Source of the DNA: Candidatus Bathyarchaeota archaeon | GTDB taxonomy: Archaea > Thermoproteota > Bathyarchaeia > Bathyarchaeales > Bathycorpusculaceae | Assembly (NCBI GenBank): GCA_963806535.1 | Contig: CAWDYC010000006.1 | Location: forward strand, 32,001 to 96,000 | Direction of reading: 5' to 3' | Length of the DNA: 64,000 nt | Shown here: one piece after another, positions 51,093 to 61,682 of the stretch | How the letters are laid out: each line of letters begins with the position of its first letter | How positions within the stretch are numbered: the stretch's first letter is position 1 | Program-made: the position numbers and the translations under genes | The notes under the pieces: generated by a model | The model's input: only the letters and a program-made list of their open reading frames with translations | Told to the model about the DNA's origin: nothing | The model's database searches: none

Positions 51093-53268
51093 CTTCTTTT
51101 CCCTCAGCTACATTTGTTTTTGTTTCTTCCTGTCCGGCGGCAGGCAAATACATTTTTTGAGTGTATTCTTTCATCATTCGGCAAGCGTTGAAAGCAGGAG
51201 TGATTGTTTTTATTGCTTCTTTAACGAATTTTATCCATTGATGCGGCACTCCTCTTCGGTCTCGGTCATAGTAGAGCGGCGCGATTTCTTTTTCAAGCAA
51301 GTTATAGAGTGATTCGGCATCTGTTTTGTCTTCTTCCTCAGGGCTGCCTCCTTGAAAATCGTCTATTGCCCATCCATTTTTGCCGTTGTATGCTTCGTCC
51401 CACCATCCGTCGCGAACGCTAAGGTTTACCACGCCGTTCATTGAAGCTTTCATTCCGCTTGTTCCACATGCTTCTTGCAGTCGTCTGGGTGTATTGAGCC
51501 AAACATCAACGCCGCGGACAAGTTCTCGTGAAAGATTAAGATCATAGTCTTCAACAAAGACAATGCGTCCTTGAAATCCTCTATCTAAAGATGCCTGATA
51601 TACCCGTTTAAGAAGCTGTTTTGATTGGTAATCGGCTGGATGAGATTTGCCTGCAAAGATTATCTGCATTGGTCTTTCTGGATTTGTTATTATTCGTTTT
51701 AGCCGATCAATGTCGGATAGCAGTAAGTATGGTCTTTTGTACTCGGTAAATCGGCGTGCAAAAGCAATAGTTAAGGCATATGGATCAAGTAGAGAACCCA
51801 TCGCAATCACTTGTTGAGTTGTTACAGCGTCTTGGGTCCAGCGTTGCTGTGCTCTATCTTGTATAGTATTTATCAATCGTGTTTTTAATGTTTGACGCAT
51901 CTGCCACAATTCTTCATCAGGTAGATCTTCAATGCATTTCCAATATGCATCTTCGTCTTGTTTTTGCAGAAATTCTGAACCAAGGTATTTTTCGCAGAGC
52001 GCGCTGATTTCTGGTGCTTGCCAACTTGGTAAGTGAACGCCGTTTGTTACAGATAAAATCGGCACTTGGTCTTCCTGCTTATCTGGCCAAAGGACTTGCC
52101 ACATTCTCCTAGTTATTTTACCATGAAGTTTAGAGACAGCGTTATGATTGAGCCAGATAAACGAAAAGCGAAAGCTGTAAGGTTGAATCTTTCGGGACCA
52201 GAGCCTTGATACTGACCTAGCTTTAGGAAAGTTTCTCGATCAATTCCGAGAGGTTCCCAAAGATTACGTGCATAGTGGTCCATTAATTGAAAACTAAAAA
52301 CATGGTGACCTGCTGCAACTGGAGTATGAGTTGTGAAAACTGTGCTTCGCCGCACTTTTTCTATAGCGGAATCAAAAGATAAGCCGTTGGCTCGCTCTAT
52401 ACGGAGACGTTCAAGCATCATGAAAGCTGTATGGTCTTCGTTAGCGTGCCATACAACAGGTTGAATGTGAAGCTCCCGCAATGCGCGAACTCCACCTACG
52501 CCTAGAACAATTAGTTGACGAAGTCGTTCTTCTTGATCAGCAGTATACAGGCGCGCTGACAATGTTCTATCTTCAGGACGATTTTCTTCAACATTAGTAT
52601 CCATCAGATAAAGAGTTAACGCGACCAACATTTACTTGCCAAACTTTAACGTAAATTTGGCGGTCGGCAAGTTGAACTGGAATAAGAGGCCCACATCCAT
52701 AGGGCCAAGCGCAAGGTGAAATAGGCGCATCATCAAAGTTTAGTTGTATGTAATCTTCTTGTTGATCGCCTTCAGGTGAAATACGCTGCCGAAAGTAGCC
52801 TTGAGGATACATGAATCCAACTGCAACGAATGGTAACCCCCGATCTGAGGATTCTTTGCATATGTCTCCTGCCAATACGCCTAAGCCGCCTGCGTAAATA
52901 GGCAAGGAATTATGGATAGCGTACTCAGCTGAAAAATAAGCTATTTGCCCATTTGGTTTGCCAGGGTTTGTTTGGCCACACCATTCGTGACCTCTCGCCA
53001 TTTCTTTATCAAATTTTGACATCACCATATCATAGAGTTCTAAAAAAACGGGGTCTCTTGCTGCGTCCTCCAGCTTTTCTTTGCTGATGCTGCGCAGTTG
53101 TTTGACTGGGTTATGTCCGCTGGTTCGCCATAGACCATAATCTAAAGAGCGAAAAACCTGTCGTCCTTCCTCATGCCAGCTCCACCACAAGTTGTTGGCA
53201 AGCTCTAATAATCTGCCAATTCTTGACGGAAGATTTGGCGATTCTATTTCAGGGTTATTTACGGTCAT
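51076..53268 (-). CDS. glgP: Alpha-glucan (glycogen) phosphorylase (two indels)
   Basis: YAGGLGVLAGD, FTTHTPV, TNGVH, ARRFTEYKR and EACGTSGMKA motifs. Confidence 0.92.
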
Positions 53269-53458
53269 GAAGTGAAATTAGCCTCTGCTTTTTGGTTTTT
53301 TAAACCTAATTAAAAGAATTCAAGACGTTGAATTCTAACTTAATATTTTAAGCGCCAACTTAATATAGATAATGTGAACGGGCACGTTAAATTTCTTGTA
53401 ATTTTCTGAAAGATTGAAATTAAAAAAAAGAAAAACAGTTGATGAAAACTTTGTCGGC

Positions 53459-53950
53459 TTAAATTGGTGCCCGCATGAGCAACGTATAATTGACGTCTTC
53501 TGTTTGCAGTTTAGCTCCGATTCTAAGAGTGCTTCCACCAAACCAGGAGTATTGTCCTGCAAGTTTCAATGTTACTGCTTGCCCATCTGGGCTTGTGCCT
53601 TGAGCCTGCAGCAAAACGGCATGTCTGCCTGTTAATACGCCTCCGTTTCCGCTTGTAAATGTGTATGAAACACCATTTGCCACTAATGTGCCACCTGTAA
53701 CGTCAAATTTCTTGACGGGACCATTGGTTGATGTGGGCTGAAGCGTTAAAGTTAAGCTTGCTGGGTAATACTTTATTGTGTTGCTGTCGATTGTTTGGTA
53801 GATGTTGCCTTGGGCTTTTAGCGTTTTGATGTTTGAAACAGCGTTATTTGTTGCTTGAGCACTTGCAAGAGGTAGGGCAATTGCCAATACTGCTGCAATC
53901 ACAATTATTGTTGTGATGGCTATCTTGTTTTTTCTGCTTAAGGTGACCAT
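53459..53950 (-). CDS. Secreted hypothetical protein
   Basis: Signal peptide; GGAGGTG SD. Confidence 0.7.
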   Translation of the reverse strand: MVTLSRKNKIAITTIIVIAAVLAIALPLASAQATNNAVSNIKTLKAQGNIYQTIDSNTIKYYPASLTLTLQPTSTNGPVKKFDVTGGTLVANGVSYTFTSGNGGVLTGRHAVLLQAQGTSPDGQAVTLKLAGQYSWFGGSTLRIGAKLQTEDVNYTLLMRAPI

Positions 53951-54043
53951 TCATTTTTCACCTCCAATTTGCTTCCATGATCACTTCTTTGTTTTGGTCT
54001 TTAAAAAGAAAGCCGCACTTTTGATGTGCACCACAAATGTATA

Positions 54044-54395
54044 CTAAGGCTTGGTTTCTTCTAGTTTTTCAGACAGCATTTGCTCTTCCATATGCAGAAG
54101 CAAGCCTACTCGACGTTCCCACCTATTAAAGAATCGAAACTGCGAGTACATTGCGTAAATGCTGTAGCCTAAAAAGATGCCTGCAAAAATCAAAACAACA
54201 AAATCTACCAATCCCAACCCGAAATGCCTGGTTCTTAGCAGCAACCACAACGACAATTATGAATAAGATTCCTGAAGAAACAAGCCCTATTAGAGTGCCA
54301 TTTCGAAATTTTGTCCATTCTTTATCTAACTCAAATAGAAAGTCATGCAGAGACTTGACTGGGTAGAGCTTTTCTTCATTGCTTTCTTTAGTCAT
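54044..54395 (-). CDS. Small 2-TM membrane protein (frameshifted)
   Basis: Overlapping ORFs 54126-54395 and 54044-54256 join into one coherent protein. Confidence 0.6.
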
Positions 54396-54463
54396 TTTCT
54401 TTCCTTCCTTATTTCATCGATTTTTTTCTTTTATACCTGATGCACCAAAGATGAACGTGATTT

Positions 54464-54721
54464 TTAGAGTATTGAAGGAAGCGATTTGCGAAGTTCAATG
54501 TAGATTTTTCTTCCTTCTTCCGTTAACGAGCAAAAACCTTCCGATGTTTCTTTCACCAGTTTCTTTTCTTCAAGAAAAACTAAATGTTTTAGAAAATCGT
54601 CGTAGGAAAGATTTGTTGATTTTCGCCAGATCACTGTTCTTAGCTGAGGTTTCGAATTGAAAAATAGGTATTCCAATATTTCAAATCGAATTTGAACAGC
54701 GTTTTTTCTAATCCTTGCCAT
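54464..54721 (-). CDS. Winged-helix DNA-binding protein (HTH_45-like)
   Basis: EILEYL...TNLSY..F.KHL..L...LTEEG. Confidence 0.8.
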   Translation of the reverse strand: MARIRKNAVQIRFEILEYLFFNSKPQLRTVIWRKSTNLSYDDFLKHLVFLEEKKLVKETSEGFCSLTEEGRKIYIELRKSLPSIL

Positions 54722-54851
54722 TCTTCAGATGCACCAGTAACGGATGCTAATTATTTAGTGCGCAAGTATATAATAAGGTAATTTAGCACTCATTAATTGC
54801 TTTCTGAATTTTTTGGGGTCTGTCAACTTTCATTCTTCATCTTTCCCGATC

Positions 54852-54901
54852 AGACTGGGACGGCGACATCATCCCCCATCGAATCAACACCGTCCCAGTC
54901 T
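54852..54901. other. GC-rich 12-bp perfect inverted repeat upstream of the integrase
   Basis: AGACTGGGACGG (54852-54863) and CCGTCCCAGTCT (54890-54901). Confidence 0.8.
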
Positions 54902-54931
54902 AAAAGGGCTTTGGTGAAGGAAAGATGAAAA

Positions 54932-55876
54932 ATGAACAAAAAAATCGTAAAAGAACTCTTAAAACAACTCCAACAGGAGAACCAAGACCCCCAAGACATA
55001 GGAAAACTAAACATAGCAAACGTAATGCTCTGGATGAAAAAAGAAGCCTACGAACCAACAACCATAAAAAGAGTAGCAAAAGAACTAAGACACTTAGAAC
55101 GCAACTGCAACACAGCCAAACCCGAAGAAGTAAAACTCTACATAGCCAACAAAAAATGCTCAAACGCAAGAAAAGAAAACCTCATAGAATCCTACAACAT
55201 AGCAATCCAATCCTTAGGACTAACATGGAACAAACCCTTTTATCAACGCCAAGACAAAAAACGCAGAGCACCAAAAGAAGAATCAGTACAATTTATCATA
55301 AACCACGTTAAGTTTCCATTAAACCTTAAACTAAAAATGTCAAGAGACTTAGGAGAACGACCCATAGAATTAACATGGCTAAAAGTCCAAGACATAGACT
55401 TAACAACAGGAAAAACAGACCTTACAGGCGCAAAACACACAATCGGAAGAGAAGGAAAACTTAAACAAGACACCTTAGAACTGCTAAAAAGATACATCAA
55501 AAGAGAAAACCTAAACCCAACAAGCATAATATTTCCAACAACATCAGACAACTTAAGCACAGATTACAGACACGCAAGAAACAGACTTGCAGAAAAATAC
55601 AACATGCCCGAACTCAAACAAGTACAACTTTATGATTTTCGCAGACGAAAAGGAACAAGAGAATACAAACTATCTGGACACAACTTTTTACACGTTAAGA
55701 AAATCTTAGGACACAAAGACGCACGAAGCACAGAAAAATACATAACCGAAGATGAACAAATCGAATGGCTACCAATCAAATGCACAACAGACGAAGAAAT
55801 CCAGCAAGCAATCAAAGACGATTGCATCCTTGTAGGACACGAAAATGGAATATGGTACTTCAAAAAACCAGTATAG
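54932..55876 (+). CDS. Tyrosine recombinase/integrase
   Basis: GERPIEL (R), GAKH (K), YDFRR (HxxR variant), LGH and STEKY (Y). Confidence 0.88.
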   Translation: MNKKIVKELLKQLQQENQDPQDIGKLNIANVMLWMKKEAYEPTTIKRVAKELRHLERNCNTAKPEEVKLYIANKKCSNARKENLIESYNIAIQSLGLTWNKPFYQRQDKKRRAPKEESVQFIINHVKFPLNLKLKMSRDLGERPIELTWLKVQDIDLTTGKTDLTGAKHTIGREGKLKQDTLELLKRYIKRENLNPTSIIFPTTSDNLSTDYRHARNRLAEKYNMPELKQVQLYDFRRRKGTREYKLSGHNFLHVKKILGHKDARSTEKYITEDEQIEWLPIKCTTDEEIQQAIKDDCILVGHENGIWYFKKPV

Positions 55877-55954
55877 CAATCTGAACTTATATTTTTCAAA
55901 CTTTAAGAAGCAAAACAGAAATAGAGGGTTTAAGTGTAAATTAAGTCGAAGGTC

Positions 55955-56827
55955 ATGCAAACGAACGAATTAGAAACTGCGATTTCACAGGATTTGAAAG
56001 CCGCAATAGAGGCTTTCAAGGGAGATTCTTTCGATAATGTTAATGCTTTAGCAAATCGAATGATGTCTAATGCGATTTTTGGAACAAATGAAAAGATTAT
56101 TTTACCAGGATTTTTCTTAAAAGACGTGGCTTTCACTTTTATGATTATTAAGAGCGGAAAAAAACCTAGTGCCTATGCAACTGCAAAAGCGCAAGGATAT
56201 TCTTATGTCCAAGGCTTAGAGAAAGCACTGATTGAACTTAACGAAGACCAAATCTGGAAAGAATTTCTGGATTATGATAACAAAATTCGAAAATACCAAA
56301 TGTCCGAATGGGAAGAAAGAAGCTACTCTGATAACACCAAATTTACTAATGAATCCTATAAATGGCTAATAAGTTACCTCGTTTCCCATAAGCAACTACT
56401 ATTATCCGACCCACGGAATCAATTAATAAAAGGTATTATTAATGAAATGGTCAGGCTATATCGAGTTCATTCAGCGACTTTAGAAGACGTAATGCTTCTC
56501 TGTTTAGTAATTGCTCTCGATAGAAATTATGATTATGCTAGAAGGGTTTGGTATCAACCAGATGCTCGAATAATTGATGAGAACCAAATGAATCAATTGA
56601 TTATTCCCGCGATTGATAAAATCGCAAATTTGAGTAAAGAAGGAGTAAAAATCAAGGAAGTCGATACTTTACTTTGGCAGCTGGTAAAGGCATGGAGAGA
56701 ATTTTTTATACAATTTGGTGAAATGCTTCCCCAAGGAATCGCTCTTCAAAAAGGAATTGAATTACCTGATGAGTTGAAGAAAAAACTTACGGAAAGTTTA
56801 ACAAAAACTCTTGAAAAAGAGGTGTAG
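55955..56827 (+). CDS. Hypothetical all-helical protein (cargo)
   Basis: 290-aa ORF; no recognised motif. Confidence 0.7.
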   Translation: MQTNELETAISQDLKAAIEAFKGDSFDNVNALANRMMSNAIFGTNEKIILPGFFLKDVAFTFMIIKSGKKPSAYATAKAQGYSYVQGLEKALIELNEDQIWKEFLDYDNKIRKYQMSEWEERSYSDNTKFTNESYKWLISYLVSHKQLLLSDPRNQLIKGIINEMVRLYRVHSATLEDVMLLCLVIALDRNYDYARRVWYQPDARIIDENQMNQLIIPAIDKIANLSKEGVKIKEVDTLLWQLVKAWREFFIQFGEMLPQGIALQKGIELPDELKKKLTESLTKTLEKEV

Positions 56828-56833
56828 TGGTTA

Positions 56834-57664
56834 ATGATTTCTCTAAATCCGCTTCAGGAATTAGCCTCATACATTAAAAGTAATTATCCAGAAGCATCCC
56901 CTGAAGAGATTTCTGAAATAGCCTTCGCCATATTAAGCCAAGAAATTCTTCCAGAAGTATTCAAAAGTATTAAACTACCAGATTTCCCTACTTATCGTAT
57001 GGTTGCAAAAAACAAAGCTGATACCCTGAAAGGAATAACAACCGAGAACCCCGTAGATTTAAACAATAGACGAAGAATAATCCAGCAAATAGAAGATGTC
57101 AGATACGAAATGGGGTGGGACGGCATAGATGATTTAACATCAAGAAATTTCCATGTGACCAATTCAACTAATCTAAATAATTTCACCGAAAACATTTCGG
57201 CAAAAGCAAGAGATAGCCAGAAAAGAACGGAAGTTGAAACTGAGCCTGATAAAAAAAGAGATAACAAACGCAGTGAAGGAAATTCAATTAAATTGGAGGA
57301 GCCATCCAAAGATTACATTTCCTTGTCAGATACAGCCCAAAACAAAGTTGTATCAGAGCTTATTTTTGAAGAACTCTTGAGAAAAATCGAAATTGAACTT
57401 CGCAAAACAGTGATATCAAGAAACCTAAAAGCCGAAATAGAGTTAATCTGTAAAACCGACGCTGAAATTTCTTCATGGAATAAATGCATTTTAAAAATTC
57501 GTCCGTTGGATAACCTAAAATTCGAGGAAAGAATGAATATTTCGACAATAATCGACCTACTTGTGCGGAAGATTATAACCGAAATGAAAAAAACCGCCGA
57601 CCAAGATACATCTAATTATCTTAGAGATATTACAAGAAACTTCTTTGTTCATATTGATTTATAG
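56834..57664 (+). CDS. Hypothetical protein, possible partner of the HEPN protein
   Basis: 276-aa ORF with GAGGTG SD; ends 10 nt before the HEPN gene. Confidence 0.65.
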   Translation: MISLNPLQELASYIKSNYPEASPEEISEIAFAILSQEILPEVFKSIKLPDFPTYRMVAKNKADTLKGITTENPVDLNNRRRIIQQIEDVRYEMGWDGIDDLTSRNFHVTNSTNLNNFTENISAKARDSQKRTEVETEPDKKRDNKRSEGNSIKLEEPSKDYISLSDTAQNKVVSELIFEELLRKIEIELRKTVISRNLKAEIELICKTDAEISSWNKCILKIRPLDNLKFEERMNISTIIDLLVRKIITEMKKTADQDTSNYLRDITRNFFVHIDL

Positions 57665-57674
57665 GTGGAAGAAA

Positions 57675-58064
57675 ATGGCTTATCGTGTCCGTAGTTTTCC
57701 GCCAAGAAGATTTCAAGTATTGGCAAGTAAATTGCTCGCAGACCAAGACCCAGAGTATGATTCAGACTGCAAAGCAAGAACGGCAATCGGTCGCTTTTAC
57801 TATGCAGCCCTTTTGATAGCACATCAAAAACTTAACCAACAGGGAATAAGTGTTCCAAATTCTTCTACAATTCATCAAGACGTAATTACATCGTTTAATG
57901 AGCAAAACTCAACAATTGGAAGCTTGTTAGACCAATTACGTGAAAAAAGAGTAGATGCCGATTATTACATGGCAGCTCAAGTAAACATCAATATTGCAAA
58001 GAAATATGAATTAATGGCAGAACGTGTGATTGCATTAATAGACCAATGGAAAGTTTCAAAATAG
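57675..58064 (+). CDS. HEPN domain protein
   Basis: RTAIGRFYYAAL, H..V and LREKRVDADY motifs. Confidence 0.8.
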   Translation: MAYRVRSFPPRRFQVLASKLLADQDPEYDSDCKARTAIGRFYYAALLIAHQKLNQQGISVPNSSTIHQDVITSFNEQNSTIGSLLDQLREKRVDADYYMAAQVNINIAKKYELMAERVIALIDQWKVSK

Positions 58065-58170
58065 ATACAGTTCGTACCAATTAATACTTTACAATTCTTT
58101 GAGACTTTGTCAAAGTGATTTTGCAAAAAATTGATTTAATCTAAGCGAGTGCTTCATCCTTGTCGAAATA

Positions 58171-58259
58171 TTGCTATTTTGTTCGCTCCGCTTGGCTTCG
58201 CTTGCGCTTGCGCGCTCGCTCCGCTTTGCCAAACGAACCGCATGCTTAATTGCAGCAAA
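58171..58259. other. GC-rich CGCT-repeat hairpin; candidate single-strand origin
   Basis: GTTCG/CGAAC and TTGGC/GCCAA stems around CGCTCCGCTT repeats, between convergent genes. Confidence 0.4.
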
Positions 58260-58269
58260 AACTGTAAAT

Positions 58270-58578
58270 TTAAATTTCTTCGTAAGCAACGAAATTTTCC
58301 TCTGGAATAAAACCAATTTCTGCCAAACTCACGCGATTGAACAAAGAATTTGCGAATTGATATATGGCAAGGCGCTCAAGATAACCAAGCCCATTTCTAA
58401 AGCCAAAAACGCTAATATGATATACACCCGCTAAGTCGTCGCTAATTTTGACCGCTTGCAAAGTTATTGCGTACGGAATCGTAATCAAATTATTTCGCTC
58501 TATAAAATCGGTGCATACCCTGTCCAATCGAATCTTTTTCCATTCACGCTCTAACCTTCGTTTCTGTTGACGATTCAA
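58270..58578 (-). CDS. Hypothetical protein downstream of (or fused to) Rep
   Basis: GGTGA SD then TTG NRQQKRRLEREWKK; in frame with the Rep C-terminus. Confidence 0.45.
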   Translation of the reverse strand: MNRQQKRRLEREWKKIRLDRVCTDFIERNNLITIPYAITLQAVKISDDLAGVYHISVFGFRNGLGYLERLAIYQFANSLFNRVSLAEIGFIPEENFVAYEEI

Positions 58579-59628
58579 AAGATAGTCACCCCATTTTTTA
58601 TTGCTATCATCAACAATTTCCCAAAGCGGTGTCCCATCCTCTGCAAACATGCTTAGGACTTCGCCCTTTCGAGTAAGCAAGAGTTTAGAATTACCTAAGT
58701 ATCGGATATGAACTAACTCGGAATTGCAGATAGGACACTTATGTTGAATTCCAACGTCATTTCACCGTTAATTATCTCCAGCTTTCGATAGGAGCAAGCA
58801 CCGAACCATGTTGTCGCATGAGATTTTTTGGAGCCTCTTTGAATCGAGCAGTGATTTAACTGATACCAGCAAGTTCCGCCAACAGTTTTGCGTTTATCTA
58901 AGACCTTGACAACCCAACCGTCCTTTTTGTTCTCACGTCTTGTGACACCTTCAAAGCCTTTGCAGGCGTAGCAGTCACCGCCTTTGCATTTTCGGCATAA
59001 GACCGTAGCCTTCGCCACCGACAAAACCGAGTATGTGGAAGTGTGGACTCCAGCGCCAGCCAAAAGGTACACCTTTTATTCGAGCTTCTTTTCGGTTGGC
59101 ATAACGGAAGCCATGAAAGATTATGGAGCCACCGATGATTCCACGATTAGCCATTAATCGGACTGCTTTCTTGCGTAATGCATCAAGACTTAAACCGTAA
59201 TCTTCGCTTCTGATGCTTACTACTATGTGTTCAACTGGAAGCCCAAAGCGATTAGAAGCTACTTTTAGGCGTTCTTCCATTCGATAGGCTTCTCTAACAG
59301 CCCAACCGTACTTGAAGCAAACCGGACAAGTTGGTTTATCGCAGGAGTGATAAATCGGTTTAACAAAAACGGAATCTTTCGCTAAACCTTCATTAAAGAA
59401 ACGAGCTTGATTATGCGCCTTATAGTTTAGGCAACCCATGTATTTGTTGAATGTTCCGCATTTAGGAGATGTTTGTTTTCCATGACCAACAAGAACGTAC
59501 CTTCCCCATTCAAACCCAAATTTGTTAGCTTTATTATATTCGACAGAAGACTGAGCGTACGAACTATTGGAGTCATTTTGGTTTTGAAAACTTTCAAACT
59601 CATTGAACTCGTTCTGTTTGAGAGCCAT
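58579..59628 (-). CDS. HUH-superfamily rolling-circle replication initiator (Rep) with zinc fingers (two indels)
   Basis: HIVVS (motif 1), SPHFHILG (motif 2) and WYQLNH (motif 3); CDKPTCPVC, CRKC..CYAC and CPIC. Confidence 0.75.
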
Positions 59629-59783
59629 GTTAATCAACGGTAGGTTCTTAAAGCAAGACCTCAGATAAACAGTCAAGTAAATTTACCAATATGGTTAACA
59701 ATGATGAACCAACGAAAAAGTAAAGACAAAAACTTTCAAGATATAAAGAACGAGTATCAAGAGTATCTTGAACATATAAGATA

Positions 59784-60803
59784 GGGGTGTGCAGAATTTA
59801 AGCTGCTCCTCAATTATATTTTATTATGGAAGCCTGTGAGGTTGTCAGGCTTTTCGTCAACAAAGCGATAGTTCCAGCCGAACCCAAAAGAAGAGGAAAC
59901 CCTGGTTATGGTCGAGTTAAAGCAATCAGAGTTTTAGTCTACGCACGGCTCAAACGGTTAGGGAATGACACGCGCATAGTTGAGTATCTAAAGAAGCACA
60001 TGGATGTTTCAAGAATCTTGGGGCTTTGCAGAGCACCCAATAGAACCACTGTTGGAAGATGGTGGAAACGTTACATGAGTCTTTTGGAAGAAATTTTCAT
60101 AAAGACAGCAGACATGCTTCAACTCATTGAGCCAACAACTACAGTTATTGTTGATTCAACACCTCTTGTTGATCTCGACGATATTGAGGCAGAATGGGGT
60201 TACACAAGCAGGGGAAAGTTCAGAGGTTTTAAGCTTCACGCAGCCGTAAATCAGTCGGGTTTGCCCTTGAGGGCTATAATTACGCCGGGTAACAAGTATG
60301 ATGGACCATTTCTTCCAAAACTAATTGAGGATTTGGAGGCAGATTACGTTTTAGCAGATGCAGCCTATAGTTCAAAAAGGAATTTTATAGCTGTTAGAGA
60401 CATCGCTGCTGTGCCAGTTATCGCTGATAACCCTCGGAAAAAGGGAAAAAGCCGAAAAATCGAGTCTAATGAATTGTTGAAGACTAAGCGTTATGTCATT
60501 GAGCAGTTCAACGGACATCTAAAAGATAATGTTTTGGACAAGTGTTGGATTAGGCCAAAGGGATTAATCAAAAAGGCGGCTATGGTTATAGCGGGATTGA
60601 TTAGTTATGATGCTGAAGCCATAAGATCGCTTGTCGCTGGCGAAGAAAGTCTAAAAAGCATAAGCAAGTATTGGGCTTGACGCAATAACAATGGTCATGG
60701 AGCCCGCAAAGACACCAAACCAATGGTATACACGCGTATCAGCCCAAACCTGCTCAAAGATAGCTTAGCTAACAAACTATAAAAAACGAATTGTGCACAT
60801 GCC
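59784..60803 (+). mobile_element. IS5-family-like insertion sequence (~1.0 kb)
   Basis: Imperfect TIRs GGGGTGTGCAGAATT and AATTGTGCACATGCC, each flanked by TA, enclosing one DDE transposase. Confidence 0.8.
59826..60680 (+). CDS. DDE transposase (DDE_Tnp_1 type)
   Basis: IVDSTP, GFKLH, LADAAY and RYVIEQFNGHLK motifs. Confidence 0.92.
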   Translation: MEACEVVRLFVNKAIVPAEPKRRGNPGYGRVKAIRVLVYARLKRLGNDTRIVEYLKKHMDVSRILGLCRAPNRTTVGRWWKRYMSLLEEIFIKTADMLQLIEPTTTVIVDSTPLVDLDDIEAEWGYTSRGKFRGFKLHAAVNQSGLPLRAIITPGNKYDGPFLPKLIEDLEADYVLADAAYSSKRNFIAVRDIAAVPVIADNPRKKGKSRKIESNELLKTKRYVIEQFNGHLKDNVLDKCWIRPKGLIKKAAMVIAGLISYDAEAIRSLVAGEESLKSISKYWA

Positions 60804-60896
60804 TATAATGTTATAGTGAAATAAATATATAGTTAATTGAATATTTGGTGATAAAGTATTAAAGTAACTTATTCTACTAAATTACTTGTGTCATAA

Positions 60897-61172
60897 ATGA
60901 CTGTGGCAATCAAAATTGAAGAAGCGAAAAAAGCTAAAGTTGAAAGGTTTCAAGCCTCTCTCTTGCTTCAAGAAAACATAAAGATTACTATGCAAGAAGT
61001 CTTAGGTCTAATGATCGATTACGCTCTCGAAAACGAAGAAGAAATCATCAAGAAACTTAAAGAATTGCCCGCTCTCGAAGACGACCCAGCGTGGAAAACA
61101 CTGAATAATCCAAAACATTGGGGCATCAAAGACTCTTCAAAAAGGATAGATGAATTTATCTACGGTTGCTGA
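60897..61172 (+). CDS. Putative VapB antitoxin
   Basis: Small ORF directly upstream of a PIN gene; SKRIDEFIYG C-terminus. Confidence 0.7.
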   Translation: MTVAIKIEEAKKAKVERFQASLLLQENIKITMQEVLGLMIDYALENEEEIIKKLKELPALEDDPAWKTLNNPKHWGIKDSSKRIDEFIYGC

Positions 61173-61178
61173 ACATTC

Positions 61179-61586
61179 ATGGCGGTTTTTGTGGACACAG
61201 GAATTTTCGTAGCCTTACACAATGGGGACGACGAGTTTCACTTAAGAAGCAGAGAACTCATGAAACAAGCGTTGAAAAGCGATTTTGGTCGAATATTTAC
61301 CTCAGATTACGTGATAGATGAAGCAATTACTACAGCGCTGGTGAGAACCAAAAAACATGACATAGCCTATGATTTGGGCAGGTATATAATCGAGTCACCC
61401 AGAATAACAAAACTTTGGATTGGAGAAGACTCTTTTGAGCTGGCGTGGAAAAAATTCAACGTGTTCAAGGATAAACCTCTGAGCTTCACTGACTGCACCT
61501 CTCTGGCTATTATTGAAGCGAAGGGGATTAAACAGATTATGAGCTTTGATGGCGGTTTTGATGGATTGATTACTAGACTCTGTTAG
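61179..61586 (+). CDS. vapC: VapC PIN-domain toxin
   Basis: VFVDTG, E, SFTDC and SFD.GF motifs. Confidence 0.9.
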   Translation: MAVFVDTGIFVALHNGDDEFHLRSRELMKQALKSDFGRIFTSDYVIDEAITTALVRTKKHDIAYDLGRYIIESPRITKLWIGEDSFELAWKKFNVFKDKPLSFTDCTSLAIIEAKGIKQIMSFDGGFDGLITRLC

Positions 61587-61662
61587 CTACGCTCTATGAG
61601 CCTGGTGCTGTTTTGAGGGCGTTAAAAAGTTATACCTGCCTGTGGGAAAGTATAAATAATGT

Positions 61663-61676
61663 TCCAACTAGTTGGA
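61663..61676. promoter_or_regulatory. Perfect 14-bp palindrome after a TATA box; likely TA autorepression operator
   Basis: TCCAACTAGTTGGA follows TATAAATA (61651-61658). Confidence 0.6.
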
Positions 61677-61682
61677 TAATCA

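Larger units (their letters stand above)
54850..59780. mobile_element. Putative integrated plasmid-like element (integrase, cargo, HUH Rep); boundaries approximate
   Basis: Integrase and Rep sit at opposite ends pointing inward. No att direct repeat was found. Confidence 0.55.

Noticed and set aside
54815-54831. GGGGTCTGTCAACTTT as an IS terminal repeat
   Set aside because: No partner inverted copy was found in the window.
54900-55899. Overlapping and antisense ORFs on the integrase (54925-55311, 54900-55169, 55243-55560, 55630-55899)
   Set aside because: Shadow frames produced by the biased base composition.
61582-61630. attC-like site between TA modules
   Set aside because: There is a short stem and GTT triplets, but no matching RYYYAAC inverse core and no IntI-type integrase.
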